Below are positions 44,463-56,400 of a DNA stretch of 64,000 nucleotides, one piece after another. The stretch lies in IMG/VR virus record IMGVR_UViG_3300018421_000020. One strand, 5' to 3'. This DNA comes from an uncultured virus (IMG/VR IMGVR_UViG_3300018421_000020). Lineage: Duplodnaviria; Heunggongvirae; Uroviricota; Caudoviricetes. The position numbers and the translations under genes are program-made. Every line of letters starts with the position of its first letter. Position 1 is the first letter of the stretch. The notes under the pieces were generated by a model that worked only from the letters and a program-made list of their open reading frames with translations, had not been told where the DNA came from and did not search any database.

Positions 44463-47400
44463 TTACTTAGCAAGTGCAATCGCTCGGAAGTCTGCCAGCA
44501 AAGGAACACGAGCCTGATTAGTAGATTTCATAACAATCTTGATCTGGAATGCATTGAAATCTAGACCCTTAGCTTCGTAAGAGTAGTCTTTCCAAAGTTC
44601 CTCTTCCGTAGCGGTTGAAGTGTAGTTGGTTTGACCACCCATGTTGACCCAGTTCAGTTCATCCAGAGGTTGAGAAGAACCAACTGAGAGTGCCTTATAG
44701 TAAACTGCGAACGTAGTGTCCACATGTCTGCTAGAAGAGAACGAAACTTGCAGTGAAGTCGCTTTAGTTGCCAGACGTGTGAGTCTTGTAATATATATGC
44801 CCTCATTGGGATCGCCCTTAGGAGCGGTGGAGGGATCATCCAAGAGATCGTGACCACTGGTGCCGAAGTTCATGGTGTAACCAGTACCACCCTGCAAACC
44901 AGCATTGATATTATTGATACGGTTTGAAGTCGTAATCAAAGATGCGCGGTCAAGGTCAACAACAGGAGACACATTTTCAAGATCGGAATTGAGAATCAAT
45001 TCCAAGGTGAACGATTTAGCACCAGCAAGTTCATTATCTTCATTGATTTGGGAACAAATCAAGCGAGGGTTGGTGTAATAGTTCTCTTCGTTGAGAATAA
45101 TTTCATTGAAGGAACCATCATTGACAAAAGATTGCTGATCAATATCTGCTTCTCTACCCGTGCCCATAGAAGTACCAGATACGGTATTCGCACGAGCGGT
45201 AAGACTAGTTTTAGGCAGAATCAAAGTTTTCACATTCGGAGTGATAACTTCAAATGGTAGGTTTTGAGTTGCAGTAGCAAATACTCCACCGCCACGAATA
45301 CCAGTAGTTGCAACCGAAGTCAGATGCAGCATGTAAGTATCCAGAGTCGGACAAGAGATTGAAGTATGTACCTTGTTAATCTCAATTAGAGGAACGCCGT
45401 CCAGGTTGTAGCACTCAACAATAGTATCATTGTCGTGAGGAACAGCTGCAGTGGTTGCAGCACCTCTGCCTCCAGTAGCAACAGTAATTGTCTTACCATC
45501 ACTAGAGACTGCACTGTATTGGATGATCTCATCCTCAATCTTAATATAACCAGGGTTGGTATTACTAATTGCGACACCGTTTACAACTTGGTGGAAGGTG
45601 CCAGCAGCAGCGACCGAGATGCTAGTTGCGTCAGCGGCAAGAGCAGCAGTAAGAGTGGTAGGTCCAATTTCGGATTGAACACCAACAATCTCAACGTTAT
45701 TTCTACGGTCAATCATGCCGTGGTTCTGATGGAATACCCAGCACTCACGCTCCTCACTGGAGTAAGTAGGTTGTGCAACTGGATATGCCCCTCTGCTGTC
45801 GCCAGCATACTCAGCACCACCACCAGCAGCACCAGTATCAATAGTACCAGTAATGCTGCTATTCTGAACATCAATCGTGTCATTGGAGAGATCAAAATCC
45901 CCAGAAACATATTTAACGGTCAGAACTTTGGGAGAAGGAGAGTTGTCCCAAGATACGACTTCAGCAGTTACACCACTAGTTGAACCGACAACAGTTTGTC
46001 CTGCTACATATTCACCGTTAGAATATGCAGAGAGGTAGATGGTTGCAGTGGCAGCAGAAGATACAATACCCTGAATGGTGTTACCATTACCATCAACAGA
46101 ACCTGCCAACCAAGTACCCGTAACATCGGTAATAGTTACAGTATCGGGATCAGTAGTACCATTGAAAGCGGTGATTGTACCTTGGGCATTTGTCGTTTCC
46201 TGATAAATACGAGCGCCAACAGACAGAGTGTAGTTGGTGCCAGTAGCAAGAGTTAGAACTTGCTTAGGTTTAATAGTCTGAATTGGGTTGGTTACCAGTT
46301 CGTGTGTACCAGCGTTGCCAATTCCAAGTTCAGAGTTGTAGAACTTAGCAATACCGCCCGAAGTGTCAAACGATGCACGTCTAATAGTAAACTTAAGATC
46401 TTCGTACTGGTCGGCAGTCCAAGTAGATGCGTTCTGAGATTTGAACAGAACACCAGCATAAGGTTGTTCGGAGATTGTTCTATCTCCACCGATCTCAAGG
46501 TCACCCATTCTGGAAATCCAAATGGTATATTCGTTGGAGTCAGAAAGAAGAACAAAACAATATTCAACGGACTGTTTGATATAAACAGGAGCTTGGAAGG
46601 TAAAGGTAGTAGGAACTGCAGCGTTCTCAGAAATTTCAACTTGTTCTGGATTCAAACTAACGTCAGAGAACGGAAGAATAGTCTTAGAAGGATATCCATT
46701 TTCCATTGCACGAATCTGCATGGAGATCGGAATATTAGCATCCTTACTACCAAAGTATACATCAATGGAAGTCAGGAATACGCCACCCTCAGTGTCAACA
46801 ATAAAGGATTGTGCAACAGGGTCATACCAACCAATCTGACGAACCTCAGTTCTAGTAGAGGTAACAGTACGCTGGTCAGTAACAGTATCCTTAACGATCT
46901 GAGCGTTTCTAACTGCAAGGATGTTCTCACGAACGGTTTGCAGTGTACCCTTTGCTGTAAACTCCTTCTCAGCAGAAGAATCAACAGTTCCAGGAACAGT
47001 AGAGTTAGTGGGACTAGAAGTGAAACGGAACAGTCTAGTGCCAGTTTTCCAGCGAGGATTGACATCCTTAACAGGTTTGGGGATGAAGAAACATCCTCTA
47101 AGGTATCCACGCTTATCGCTAATAAGACGACGATCCTTAACAACAGCACGAGCACCAGAGGTTAGACCAAGGAGAACCTCGCCAACCTGAATGTTTCCAC
47201 GAATTTGAGGTTTTTTAATGTTAGCGAGTTGTGCAGAGTTGTTGTTTAGAATAGGAGTCTGAGAAGAATAAGACGAAGGAAGTGCCTCATTGTTACTGGT
47301 ATATGGGTTAGTGTCATAAACACTATTTGGTTTCAGACAACGCAAACGGCAGTCAGAACTAAGACCCTTTACAATCTCACCAGGAACAAACGGAGTCTCG

Positions 47401-50400
47401 TTAGTTCTAGCATCTTCCTGAGAGTTCTTAACAAGTTCAATCAGTTTAGGAGTGCAATAGTTGGTGATGGGTTTCTTATCAAAGAATGCATACAACCGAG
47501 TCTTAGGCTTAGCACGGTTAATCGTGTAACGGATGTTTCTGGAACGGATCCAGGGGATTGCAGTTTGAGAAAGAATGGTATCACCGAGAGACTTACGCTC
47601 AATCTTCGGAATAACACGAGTTCTTACACCACGACGAGTCTGGTTATTAACTACACGATAAGTACGACGTTGGTGTAGATAGAACAGACCTTGACGACGA
47701 CCAGCGTGACCAAGACGACCCAGACGGCGACCACCACCAAGGTTAGTGCTAGAACGATGGTTACTTCTACTGGTCAGAGTTTCACCAGTCCAGTTAGTTT
47801 TCCAGGCACCCCATTGAATCGGGGCAAAACCATTCTTATCAACGTTTAGGTCTCTAGCTACAGAAGAGAAGTCACCTTCAACGTTTTCAACACGAGCAGG
47901 AAGACGCTTAATGTCAATCCAGTCATCAGAAGCGGGAAGAAGATCCAAACGACCAATGAACGTAAATACGTTGAACGGGTTGACATTTTCTAGACGAGAT
48001 GCATAGGGTTGTTCAACCTGCTGAACCTCAGTATATGGAAGAGTGACAATCAGTGCTTCTTCAAAGTCTTCGGGATCTGGACCAGACCACTGGACATTTT
48101 GAGAAGTCAGAGGATCAAACTCAAGAGCAACGTTGTTGGTGTAGTGAGAAGGTCTCAGATAACCATTCTGGAAGTCAAGAGATGCCTTATAGTCTTCGTT
48201 CAGAACGTCACCAACGTTGTGGTCGGTAAAGTCGTCAACAACATATCCATTCTTGAATCTGTTCAGACCATCATCATCGTAAGTAGTAGCATTTTGTGCC
48301 TCAGATTCCAACAGAGACAGGGAAGTGTAATACTCAACATTGGTCAGACGCTCTTCAATGTTACCGATGTCACGCATCGTGTAACGACGGTTGTTCTCAA
48401 CTTGGAAAACGATATCTCTTTCTGGATCGTAATTATACGGTTTGTGCTCAATAGTTGCCAGGAACATGGCAGCATCCATTTTGTCGGGTGCCTGAGGTTC
48501 TTCATCAGACTTACCCTTAACAAGTTGGAAGTCACCGTCATGAGTGAGGAACAGTTTATCAATTCTAGGAAGATAGTAATCAAAGTCACAACGGAACGTT
48601 GTGTTAACATCCATCAAATCAAAGATAGTTGCGCTAGAATCATAAACGCGAGACGGGAAGTCAAGAGTGGTACAATTGACATAGTATGGAGCATTGACTG
48701 TACCAGAACCATTGGCAAGTTCTTTGACACCAGGACGGAAGTCCAGGGTGTCTCTCAGGAACATAATACCACCGTCAGGTTTCCAGGTAGGAATGTCTTT
48801 ATATCCAACACCAACATAAGATTGTGCGTTGAAATAATCGCCAGATGCTTCATGAACAAAATAGTCAAAGACTACCTTAATTCGTCTTCTGGGAGCACTA
48901 AAAGTGGCACCGCGAACAAGACGAGAAATATCATAGTAATATGAGTCTTGTCCAGGGTTCAGAGTGTACTGCTCGGTGATATCAGTTGAACCAGTTTCAA
49001 TGGCACCATCAGCATCAGAAATAAATGCGCTGATTGCATCACCATTACTATCAACACCTTCAACTAATTCTCCAGCAAGGAATGTTCCATCCAAGGTTAC
49101 ATGATACAGTTTAAGAGTGGATGAAATAAAATCAACTACTCTTGCTCTAGCACCAGAAGTTTTACCTGTGATGAGAGTACCATTTGCAAAGAATGCGGAC
49201 TCAACCAGAGTTACAAAGGGAATCTTTGCTGCTTGATCATCATTAGATTCGTAAACAGCATGGACCTTATAAACGTCGTTCAGACCGAATGAAATCTCTT
49301 GGTCTTCAATACGAGTACCATACAGTCTGGAGTATGCTAGACCAAACAAAGGAGCATCGGTATTGTTAGAGGTCTTAGTAACTTCCAAAACCTGCATCTT
49401 AGCAGCAGTCTTAACCTTTCTCTGAACAACGTTCTTAGAGAAGGCAGCAGTCAGTTTGATGGTAGATACGTCATAGAGACCAGTTCCAGCACCACCAGGA
49501 GAGGTGATCGTCATGGTCTGACGGTCAGCACCGAAAGTAACTGCAATGATACCACCATTTACGGCAGCTTCCATGTCAATGATTTCACCAGTAGTATAGT
49601 TGCCACTGGATCCCTGGTTTTCAACAACCAGGACATAGTTGTCATTGTTGAAAGTTTCAAACTGCTCGTTCTCACCAAGAGTTACAGTTCTGCTACCATT
49701 GATGATAGTTTGAGCATTGTAAGTTCTATACGCCGTGAAAGATTCATCACTGATAGACTTGATAGATTCCTTGGGCATGTCAATGGTAAGGTTACCATTC
49801 TGATAGTCCTTAAGGAATACTCTGGGACGGAGACGAGTTACTCTAGTATAGTCACCATCTGCAACAGTACCAATAGTCTTACTGGCATCCAGAGTTACAG
49901 TCTGTGCAGAAGGAGTGCCAAAGATAATATCTGTACCACTGTTTTGGTTTGCAGTAGTAGTATTGATGTCTGCTTGAGTTACAGAAGTAATACGGAAGGT
50001 ATTGGTGCCAGTAGGATCAGAAACACCAACTGACAGAACATCGCCAGGACGGAGGTCGGCAGCGAAGTTTGAAGTGAAACCAGACAGCAGAGCGTCAGCA
50101 CCTGCAGGAGAACCCGAAGTCAGATCAACATTAAAGTTCTTACCACTAATATCTTCAGCAGTATTCAGCAGGAGGTCTGCAGTAAAGATAATAGTAGAGG
50201 TCAGAGAAGTGGGATCTTGGCGACCAAGAACCATTCTGGTGTCAATAAAGTCGTAATTAAATACGGCGGTGATAGAAGTCAGAGCTACGCCATCAAGATT
50301 GATTTGCTCAGTGTCTCTAAAACTACCCTTTACACCCAAAAGTTTGATAGTTGTGCCACTGATTTCACGAATGTAACCTCTAGCATTAGATGTGGCACCT

Positions 50401-51884
50401 ACAATGAGATCGCCAACTTGCAAAGATGCTGAAACGTCTGCACTCGTGTTAATCACAGTGTACATGTCTACATCAAAGAAGTAGAGCATGTTTCCTAAAG
50501 TACCATTGACGATACCGCCATTGGTTAGGTCATGACTGAGTTGTGCAGTACGGCAGAAACCGATAATATTGCCTTGAGTCTGACCGTTTTGTGCAGGGTT
50601 AAAACTGTCACGCAGTTCCAGAACCTGATAGTTATAAGTCAGGTTAGGACCAGTAAGATTGGGCCAACCATAGATGTTGGTTACCAGACAAGACTGCGCC
50701 AGTTCAAAAGGAATAATAGTATTTTGAATGGAACGAGTATCTCTAGCTTTGGGAATATCAACGTACTTAGGAGCGATATTCTCAATACGATAACCCCTTA
50801 CATATGCTTTACCTGGGGAAATCTCACATGCAACATATTCCTCAGATGCTACTTGACCATCTTCCGAAACTTCGCCAGGATCATAAACACCATCATTAAA
50901 TCCATCATTCAGGTGCTCTCTAAAGTTGATATCAAAACTATCAACTGCATAGTCGCCAGACTCTTCGTAGGTACGGAGAGCCATCGTCTTCTCCAGTTCA
51001 GAGTATTCAGTTCTCTCAACAAACTGCTGAACCTTAGAGTTGACAATACGAAGAAGTTCAATAAAGTTTTTATCTGAAGTATCGTCAACTGCCTTCTTTA
51101 CCAGAGTCGTTCTGATCCTAAATCGGTGTCCGCCAGGAGCCGAATAGTTACTAGTACCAGCAGCGTTATCGTTAAGAGAAGGATCGTCTTCCGAAGTAAT
51201 AATAGATTCACTAACCTCTAGACCAACTCTGTAAGATGGAGTATTGCTATATTGATCAAGGATGATATACGATGAAGGAACGTCAACAAAATATCCACGA
51301 ATAAAATATACGCCCTCATTGATGTAGGCAGAAGATGCAATTGCCGTAGCATTTGAGGGAAGCATTTGAGCGAAGGGAGAACCTTCCTCAATCAAGGTAG
51401 TACCAAAAGTGATGTCACCATCAGCAAACAACTGTTCGTTGTCCTTAAAACTCTTTGTAGTCTCTTCGGAAGTAGCATCAGCACTATCAATGTACTTCAC
51501 ATACAGAGTGATATAGCCGCGTTCACTACTAGCTGAAGAGATAGAATAAAGTACCTTTGCCTTAATACCTGTGGTAACACCAGTAATGATCTTACCGTCT
51601 AACTGTTTCCTATAAAGTTCAACATCAGCACCCAGGAAGTTTTGCTGCAGCAGAATGGCATTGACGTTCAAGTCATAACCAATCTGACCAGGGATGACCA
51701 TCGCACCTTCCTTGAAGAAGTGCGTACCCATGCTCTCAATCTGATTTTGCATGATTGATTGCATGGTCGTGAGTTCACGAGCCTGGATCGGGAATCCAGG
51801 TCTGAACAGCACTTTATAAAAGTTCTTATCCTTGTCAAAATCGTCGTAATACGGCGTGACGTTAAGGTTAGTATTCTGCGGCAT
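44463..51884 (-). CDS. 2473-aa DUF4815/VrlC-like virion structural protein
   Basis: MPQNTNLNVTPYYDDFD...VLFRPG.PIQARELT, RTYEESGDY, RFKNGYVVDDF, DPVAQSF, LFKSQNASTW. Confidence 0.88.
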   Translation of the reverse strand: MPQNTNLNVTPYYDDFDKDKNFYKVLFRPGFPIQARELTTMQSIMQNQIESMGTHFFKEGAMVIPGQIGYDLNVNAILLQQNFLGADVELYRKQLDGKIITGVTTGIKAKVLYSISSASSERGYITLYVKYIDSADATSEETTKSFKDNEQLFADGDITFGTTLIEEGSPFAQMLPSNATAIASSAYINEGVYFIRGYFVDVPSSYIILDQYSNTPSYRVGLEVSESIITSEDDPSLNDNAAGTSNYSAPGGHRFRIRTTLVKKAVDDTSDKNFIELLRIVNSKVQQFVERTEYSELEKTMALRTYEESGDYAVDSFDINFREHLNDGFNDGVYDPGEVSEDGQVASEEYVACEISPGKAYVRGYRIENIAPKYVDIPKARDTRSIQNTIIPFELAQSCLVTNIYGWPNLTGPNLTYNYQVLELRDSFNPAQNGQTQGNIIGFCRTAQLSHDLTNGGIVNGTLGNMLYFFDVDMYTVINTSADVSASLQVGDLIVGATSNARGYIREISGTTIKLLGVKGSFRDTEQINLDGVALTSITAVFNYDFIDTRMVLGRQDPTSLTSTIIFTADLLLNTAEDISGKNFNVDLTSGSPAGADALLSGFTSNFAADLRPGDVLSVGVSDPTGTNTFRITSVTQADINTTTANQNSGTDIIFGTPSAQTVTLDASKTIGTVADGDYTRVTRLRPRVFLKDYQNGNLTIDMPKESIKSISDESFTAYRTYNAQTIINGSRTVTLGENEQFETFNNDNYVLVVENQGSSGNYTTGEIIDMEAAVNGGIIAVTFGADRQTMTITSPGGAGTGLYDVSTIKLTAAFSKNVVQRKVKTAAKMQVLEVTKTSNNTDAPLFGLAYSRLYGTRIEDQEISFGLNDVYKVHAVYESNDDQAAKIPFVTLVESAFFANGTLITGKTSGARARVVDFISSTLKLYHVTLDGTFLAGELVEGVDSNGDAISAFISDADGAIETGSTDITEQYTLNPGQDSYYYDISRLVRGATFSAPRRRIKVVFDYFVHEASGDYFNAQSYVGVGYKDIPTWKPDGGIMFLRDTLDFRPGVKELANGSGTVNAPYYVNCTTLDFPSRVYDSSATIFDLMDVNTTFRCDFDYYLPRIDKLFLTHDGDFQLVKGKSDEEPQAPDKMDAAMFLATIEHKPYNYDPERDIVFQVENNRRYTMRDIGNIEERLTNVEYYTSLSLLESEAQNATTYDDDGLNRFKNGYVVDDFTDHNVGDVLNEDYKASLDFQNGYLRPSHYTNNVALEFDPLTSQNVQWSGPDPEDFEEALIVTLPYTEVQQVEQPYASRLENVNPFNVFTFIGRLDLLPASDDWIDIKRLPARVENVEGDFSSVARDLNVDKNGFAPIQWGAWKTNWTGETLTSRSNHRSSTNLGGGRRLGRLGHAGRRQGLFYLHQRRTYRVVNNQTRRGVRTRVIPKIERKSLGDTILSQTAIPWIRSRNIRYTINRAKPKTRLYAFFDKKPITNYCTPKLIELVKNSQEDARTNETPFVPGEIVKGLSSDCRLRCLKPNSVYDTNPYTSNNEALPSSYSSQTPILNNNSAQLANIKKPQIRGNIQVGEVLLGLTSGARAVVKDRRLISDKRGYLRGCFFIPKPVKDVNPRWKTGTRLFRFTSSPTNSTVPGTVDSSAEKEFTAKGTLQTVRENILAVRNAQIVKDTVTDQRTVTSTRTEVRQIGWYDPVAQSFIVDTEGGVFLTSIDVYFGSKDANIPISMQIRAMENGYPSKTILPFSDVSLNPEQVEISENAAVPTTFTFQAPVYIKQSVEYCFVLLSDSNEYTIWISRMGDLEIGGDRTISEQPYAGVLFKSQNASTWTADQYEDLKFTIRRASFDTSGGIAKFYNSELGIGNAGTHELVTNPIQTIKPKQVLTLATGTNYTLSVGARIYQETTNAQGTITAFNGTTDPDTVTITDVTGTWLAGSVDGNGNTIQGIVSSAATATIYLSAYSNGEYVAGQTVVGSTSGVTAEVVSWDNSPSPKVLTVKYVSGDFDLSNDTIDVQNSSITGTIDTGAAGGGAEYAGDSRGAYPVAQPTYSSEERECWVFHQNHGMIDRRNNVEIVGVQSEIGPTTLTAALAADATSISVAAAGTFHQVVNGVAISNTNPGYIKIEDEIIQYSAVSSDGKTITVATGGRGAATTAAVPHDNDTIVECYNLDGVPLIEINKVHTSISCPTLDTYMLHLTSVATTGIRGGGVFATATQNLPFEVITPNVKTLILPKTSLTARANTVSGTSMGTGREADIDQQSFVNDGSFNEIILNEENYYTNPRLICSQINEDNELAGAKSFTLELILNSDLENVSPVVDLDRASLITTSNRINNINAGLQGGTGYTMNFGTSGHDLLDDPSTAPKGDPNEGIYITRLTRLATKATSLQVSFSSSRHVDTTFAVYYKALSVGSSQPLDELNWVNMGGQTNYTSTATEEELWKDYSYEAKGLDFNAFQIKIVMKSTNQARVPLLADFRAIALAK

Positions 51885-51899
51885 CTTTGGTACTAAAAA

Positions 51900-53432
51900 T
51901 TAGAATTCAATAACGATCTTAATGTCTTCAATCTGGTCGTTTGCACGACTAATGGTCCTTCTATTATCTATGTAGATAACATTGCCACTATTAGATTCAA
52001 TCTCGGATTTGGCATACCCAGCAGTAAACTTCATACCCAGATCATACTCAGTGTTATTGATCGTTCTGGAAGAAGTATTGGGAACTGCAGGGAAGTTTAC
52101 ATCTGGGTCACCAGATGCACCAGAGGAAGCACCCTGAATGGCATTTGAACCATCAAATTCATTCAAAGAACCAGTAACAGCAGGGAAGATACCGTCAACA
52201 CGGTTTTGATAATATTTCAGAACCTTAGTTGTCGGATTCCATGAAACAACTTTACCAGTTGCGGTAACGGACTGACCACCGATAATACGAGTTTGGGTGA
52301 TAGTCTCGTCAGGGATAAAGTTACCTTGGAAAGTTGTTGGGAAAATAACTGCCTTAGAGGCAGATAGGGTCAAATCTGAAAGAAGTTCGGAAGTACCAAA
52401 CTTGAGCGGGTTAGTTACCAGACCAATACGACGATAGTCGTTATCAATCGGGAAGTCGCCAGCACCTTCATCGTAGGAAAGTTTGGCGTTAATCATGACA
52501 CGATATGCACCCATTTCTACAACGGGATCTTTGCCATGACCACCAGGAGGAGGAATGATGACATCAATTTGTCCACCTGCACCAGTACCGATACCAGATA
52601 CAGCATCAACGGTAACTTTACCGAAGGAGTATCCAGTACCACCAGAGGTCACCGTTGCGGAGATAACACGACCACCGTCAACGACAATAGATACGCGACC
52701 ACCAGCACCGTCGCCATTGATTGCAACGTTATCATATGTACCATTATTATAACCAGAACCCGAGGAAGTAATAACTACACTATCAATCTCACCAGCAACA
52801 GCGTTAGAAGATACCGAAGCATCACTGAATACGGGCATGTAGTCAGCAGAGAAGAACTTCAGAACCTGTGCAACAGGAATAGTATACATATACTTCCACC
52901 TATAACCATCGGAAGTGGTAATAATGGATGTAGAAGTACCAGTGGGTTCAATAGTAGAAGGCTTACCGTTAGGGTCAGCAGGAGAAGTGCCGTTATAGAT
53001 GCACTTGTATACTTGATAGTTTGAATTGACGACGTAGAAATCTGAATCGTAGAGTTTAGTCGCACCAGAAGACGCCGTATTCGTGGGAGAATAGTCATGA
53101 CGATACATGTCATAAGTGAAACCCAAACCACCAGTGGTTTGTTCGGGGGGAATCCAGTCAATACGACGGACGACCTGAATCGTGTCGGCAGCAAGAACAC
53201 GCTTCAGAGACATCATGTCATCGTAAGCATCAGAGAACTCGTCAAACGAGTCAACCGCTTGCGGCGGAGAGTTTTCGTTGTCCCATTCCTGGGGGCGACC
53301 AATAAAGATATACAGACGATCTCTATCGTCGCCAGCAACCACATCACTATCCAAAGGGTTTGGACCCTCTAGAGATTTGATGAATTTCTGTGCCGTAAAG
53401 ATCCTGAACTGGTCAGTAAGTAGTGCTGCCAT
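51900..53432 (-). CDS. g8: Baseplate wedge subunit gp8
   Basis: TDQFRI, YDMYRHDYS, VYKCIYNG, DGYRWKYMYTI, YIDNR...EDIKIVIEF. Confidence 0.93.
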   Translation of the reverse strand: MAALLTDQFRIFTAQKFIKSLEGPNPLDSDVVAGDDRDRLYIFIGRPQEWDNENSPPQAVDSFDEFSDAYDDMMSLKRVLAADTIQVVRRIDWIPPEQTTGGLGFTYDMYRHDYSPTNTASSGATKLYDSDFYVVNSNYQVYKCIYNGTSPADPNGKPSTIEPTGTSTSIITTSDGYRWKYMYTIPVAQVLKFFSADYMPVFSDASVSSNAVAGEIDSVVITSSGSGYNNGTYDNVAINGDGAGGRVSIVVDGGRVISATVTSGGTGYSFGKVTVDAVSGIGTGAGGQIDVIIPPPGGHGKDPVVEMGAYRVMINAKLSYDEGAGDFPIDNDYRRIGLVTNPLKFGTSELLSDLTLSASKAVIFPTTFQGNFIPDETITQTRIIGGQSVTATGKVVSWNPTTKVLKYYQNRVDGIFPAVTGSLNEFDGSNAIQGASSGASGDPDVNFPAVPNTSSRTINNTEYDLGMKFTAGYAKSEIESNSGNVIYIDNRRTISRANDQIEDIKIVIEF

Positions 53433-53455
53433 TGCCTAAGGTAGTTCCTCTTTGT

Positions 53456-53462
53456 TATTTAT
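53456..53462 (-). promoter_or_regulatory. Late promoter ATAAATA for g8
   Basis: tatttat in the intergenic gap. Confidence 0.7.
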
Positions 53463-53477
53463 CGTACTTTTGAAACT

Positions 53478-56400
53478 TTATTCGTCGCGGATCAAAGTGT
53501 CATACTCAATACTTTGAATTCTCCACGATGCTCCACCTGCACCACTGACTTTTTCACCCCCAAGAATGACTTCAGCAACTGCACCATTACCAGTAGTGTC
53601 TCCATTAGCATTTGTAAAGGTGACGGTCGGGTGAAGAGTACCAGCAGTGATGGTCTTTTCATATCCATATCCACCACTAGTTACGGTGATAGATGAAACT
53701 TGGTCACCATCTCCAGTCATCGTAACTGTACCAGTCGCCTGAAGTTCCCCACTATTCTCAACAGTAATTGTTGGAATACCAGTATAGTCAAGACCAGGAT
53801 CAACTACACGAATCTGTACTACTGTGGATTTCTCAGAGAACTCATAAAAATATCCATTTATACCGAGGTTGACGTTATTTGTAAAGTATGGTTGTGGGTT
53901 AATTACAGTCAGAGTTTTATTTGCTAGATCCCAGGATTCAACTGTTGCCTGAATACCAGAGTTTTGACCAGTTACAGTCTCGCCAACAACAAAATTAGTT
54001 GCGTTGTTATCCGTACTCAAAAACTTCAATTTGAGTCTGGAAGTATGTTCAACGCCATCACCCAAAGCACCTGCAGATTCAATAGTTGCAAACTTAAATG
54101 GAATGGATGCATCCTTGACCTGATCACCGATAGAGAACAGAGTAGTATTTTGTCCACCTTGAGTCTCTTCAATACCATATTTGGATGAAGGAATTCCACC
54201 ATCAAGATTGATCTGATTTTCAAAATCAGTTCCAGTATTTACAACATCTGGAATTCCATCACCAGCGCCATCCAACTCATCATCATCTTCAAATGCTTTG
54301 TCGGTTAGAGTCAACTGATAAACTACAATGTCATTACCGATAGAATCAATAATAACATGTGGCAATTGAAGTGCGTTTGAAGATGATTGAGTTCCAGCGT
54401 CAAATGCGACCGTTCTATCTGAAGTAGAGGGAATACCAGCATCAATGAAAGCAAGTTCATCAATCTCAAAGATTACAAACAGTTCTCTAGTATTGGGATT
54501 CCAATCATATACTTTTGCAATTTTGTTGGATGCATTTTCAATTCTACGAACAAGTCTGTCTCCTACATTGAATTCGTAAGTAGACACGCCATTAACGTTC
54601 TGGATGCCATCAACAATAACGCGCTGGTCATATCTAAAGTTAGTTCCACGAGTACACCCTAAGAACTTTTTCGCGTTCTTACTGGTGTATTCAATAATCT
54701 CTTTTCCCAGAATAAACGTACCAGAACCAGGGAATGCATCAGTTGATTGTACAATTACTTCATCATCACTGGTGTTGAGAGACTTCTCAAGTGCAGTGAT
54801 GTAAAAAGATGCCGAATTAAATGACTGACGATTCCTAACTTTTCTCTTTACGTTTACCAGTTTTGTGAAGATGATATTTGGTGGAGAAGTGTATCCTCTA
54901 CCAGGATCAGTAACATCAATACCGACAACTTCGCCTTGAGAAATTCTAGCCGTTGCCTTTGCGCCAACACCACCGCCACCAGTGATCAAAATATATGGTG
55001 GTTCCTGATAGAATCTACCAGGATTTGCAATGGAAATGTCGGTAAGAATGCCTGAAGTGTCAATGTTAGCAACACCTTCAGCACCTTGTCCACCACCACC
55101 TTGGAAGAATAGTGTAGGTGGAGTGATGTAAGATCTACCAGGGGAAACCAGGGACAAACCACTGATTGACTGAGTTACTGGGACTGCTGTTGCACCAGAT
55201 CCTTCACCACCGAGAATATCTGCTCGGGCAGTTCCAAAATATCCATCACCACCAGCAATCATCTTAACGTACTCAACCTCTCCAGGATTGGATTCGCTAA
55301 GAATTACTTCTGCTCTAGCACCTTGAGGGACCTCAAGATTTGCTGCAGGTGGTTGTTCACCATATCTAACTACCGAACTATAATAATATTCTCCGATACA
55401 ATACGGATATTCTGGATCTCCAGATGCATCTGTAGTTAGGAAGTATGCGTAAGTTCCATTGGGATACTCTGGAGTTACACAATACCTACCGTTATATTCG
55501 TCAAGATCGCCAACATTGGAATCATAGATATAATCTTCAATGAAAGTTCCTGCAGTGTGTCCAAGGTTGTTGGACTTATTTCCCATTAACGGGTGATAGT
55601 AGCAAAAATAACTAAAGTTTGCAGGTGAATAATCAGGAATTACAATTTGCAGAGAACGAGTAGTTGCTGCTCCAAATCCAGAAATGTAATCTGCATATGA
55701 TACTGCACTTCCATTTAGGAAATATGTTACTCCTCTTTCATATAGATCGTCTCTGTCCTGTGGAGTTCTGCCAGTAGCGTGCCACGCCTGTCCAGCACTA
55801 TCTCCGATTACATCGCTGAGTAAGATAGGATGCTGTTGATTGGAAGCATCATCTTGATTGAATGTGATCGTGTCTCCACGATTCAGCAGAAGTACAGGAG
55901 CAACTGCGTTTGTAAATGAACCACCATTAACAATATATTTGTTGACTCCATCTACTTCCTGCACAGTAATTGTGTAGGTTGCGGCTGCTGGTGTATTGAT
56001 CGTGGCACGATTACCATCAATCTCAACACCAGTTCTTAACCGATATCCAGTCTCAATTCTCTTTACCGCAGACTGGTCATCAAGAGGAGATGTGTAACCA
56101 TAAGGACCGTAGATTGGATATCCATCATAAGATATTCCAAGGACTTTACTGTGACCATTAGTATGACGAGACTTATCTCCACTAAAATTGGAAGTTGAGA
56201 AATAAGATTTAATATTAAAAAGACCCTGAGAAAAAGAATCAATTATCTCAGAATCTTGAAACACATAAAGATTTTCATTAGTTGGATACCCATGATAGGC
56301 ATCATGATCATAAAAATTAGTTTTTACAGCATTGTAATGGAATCCAACTGGAGGAACCCCATCAGTGCCAGCATCAGGTGAAAACAGAGGAGAACCATTG

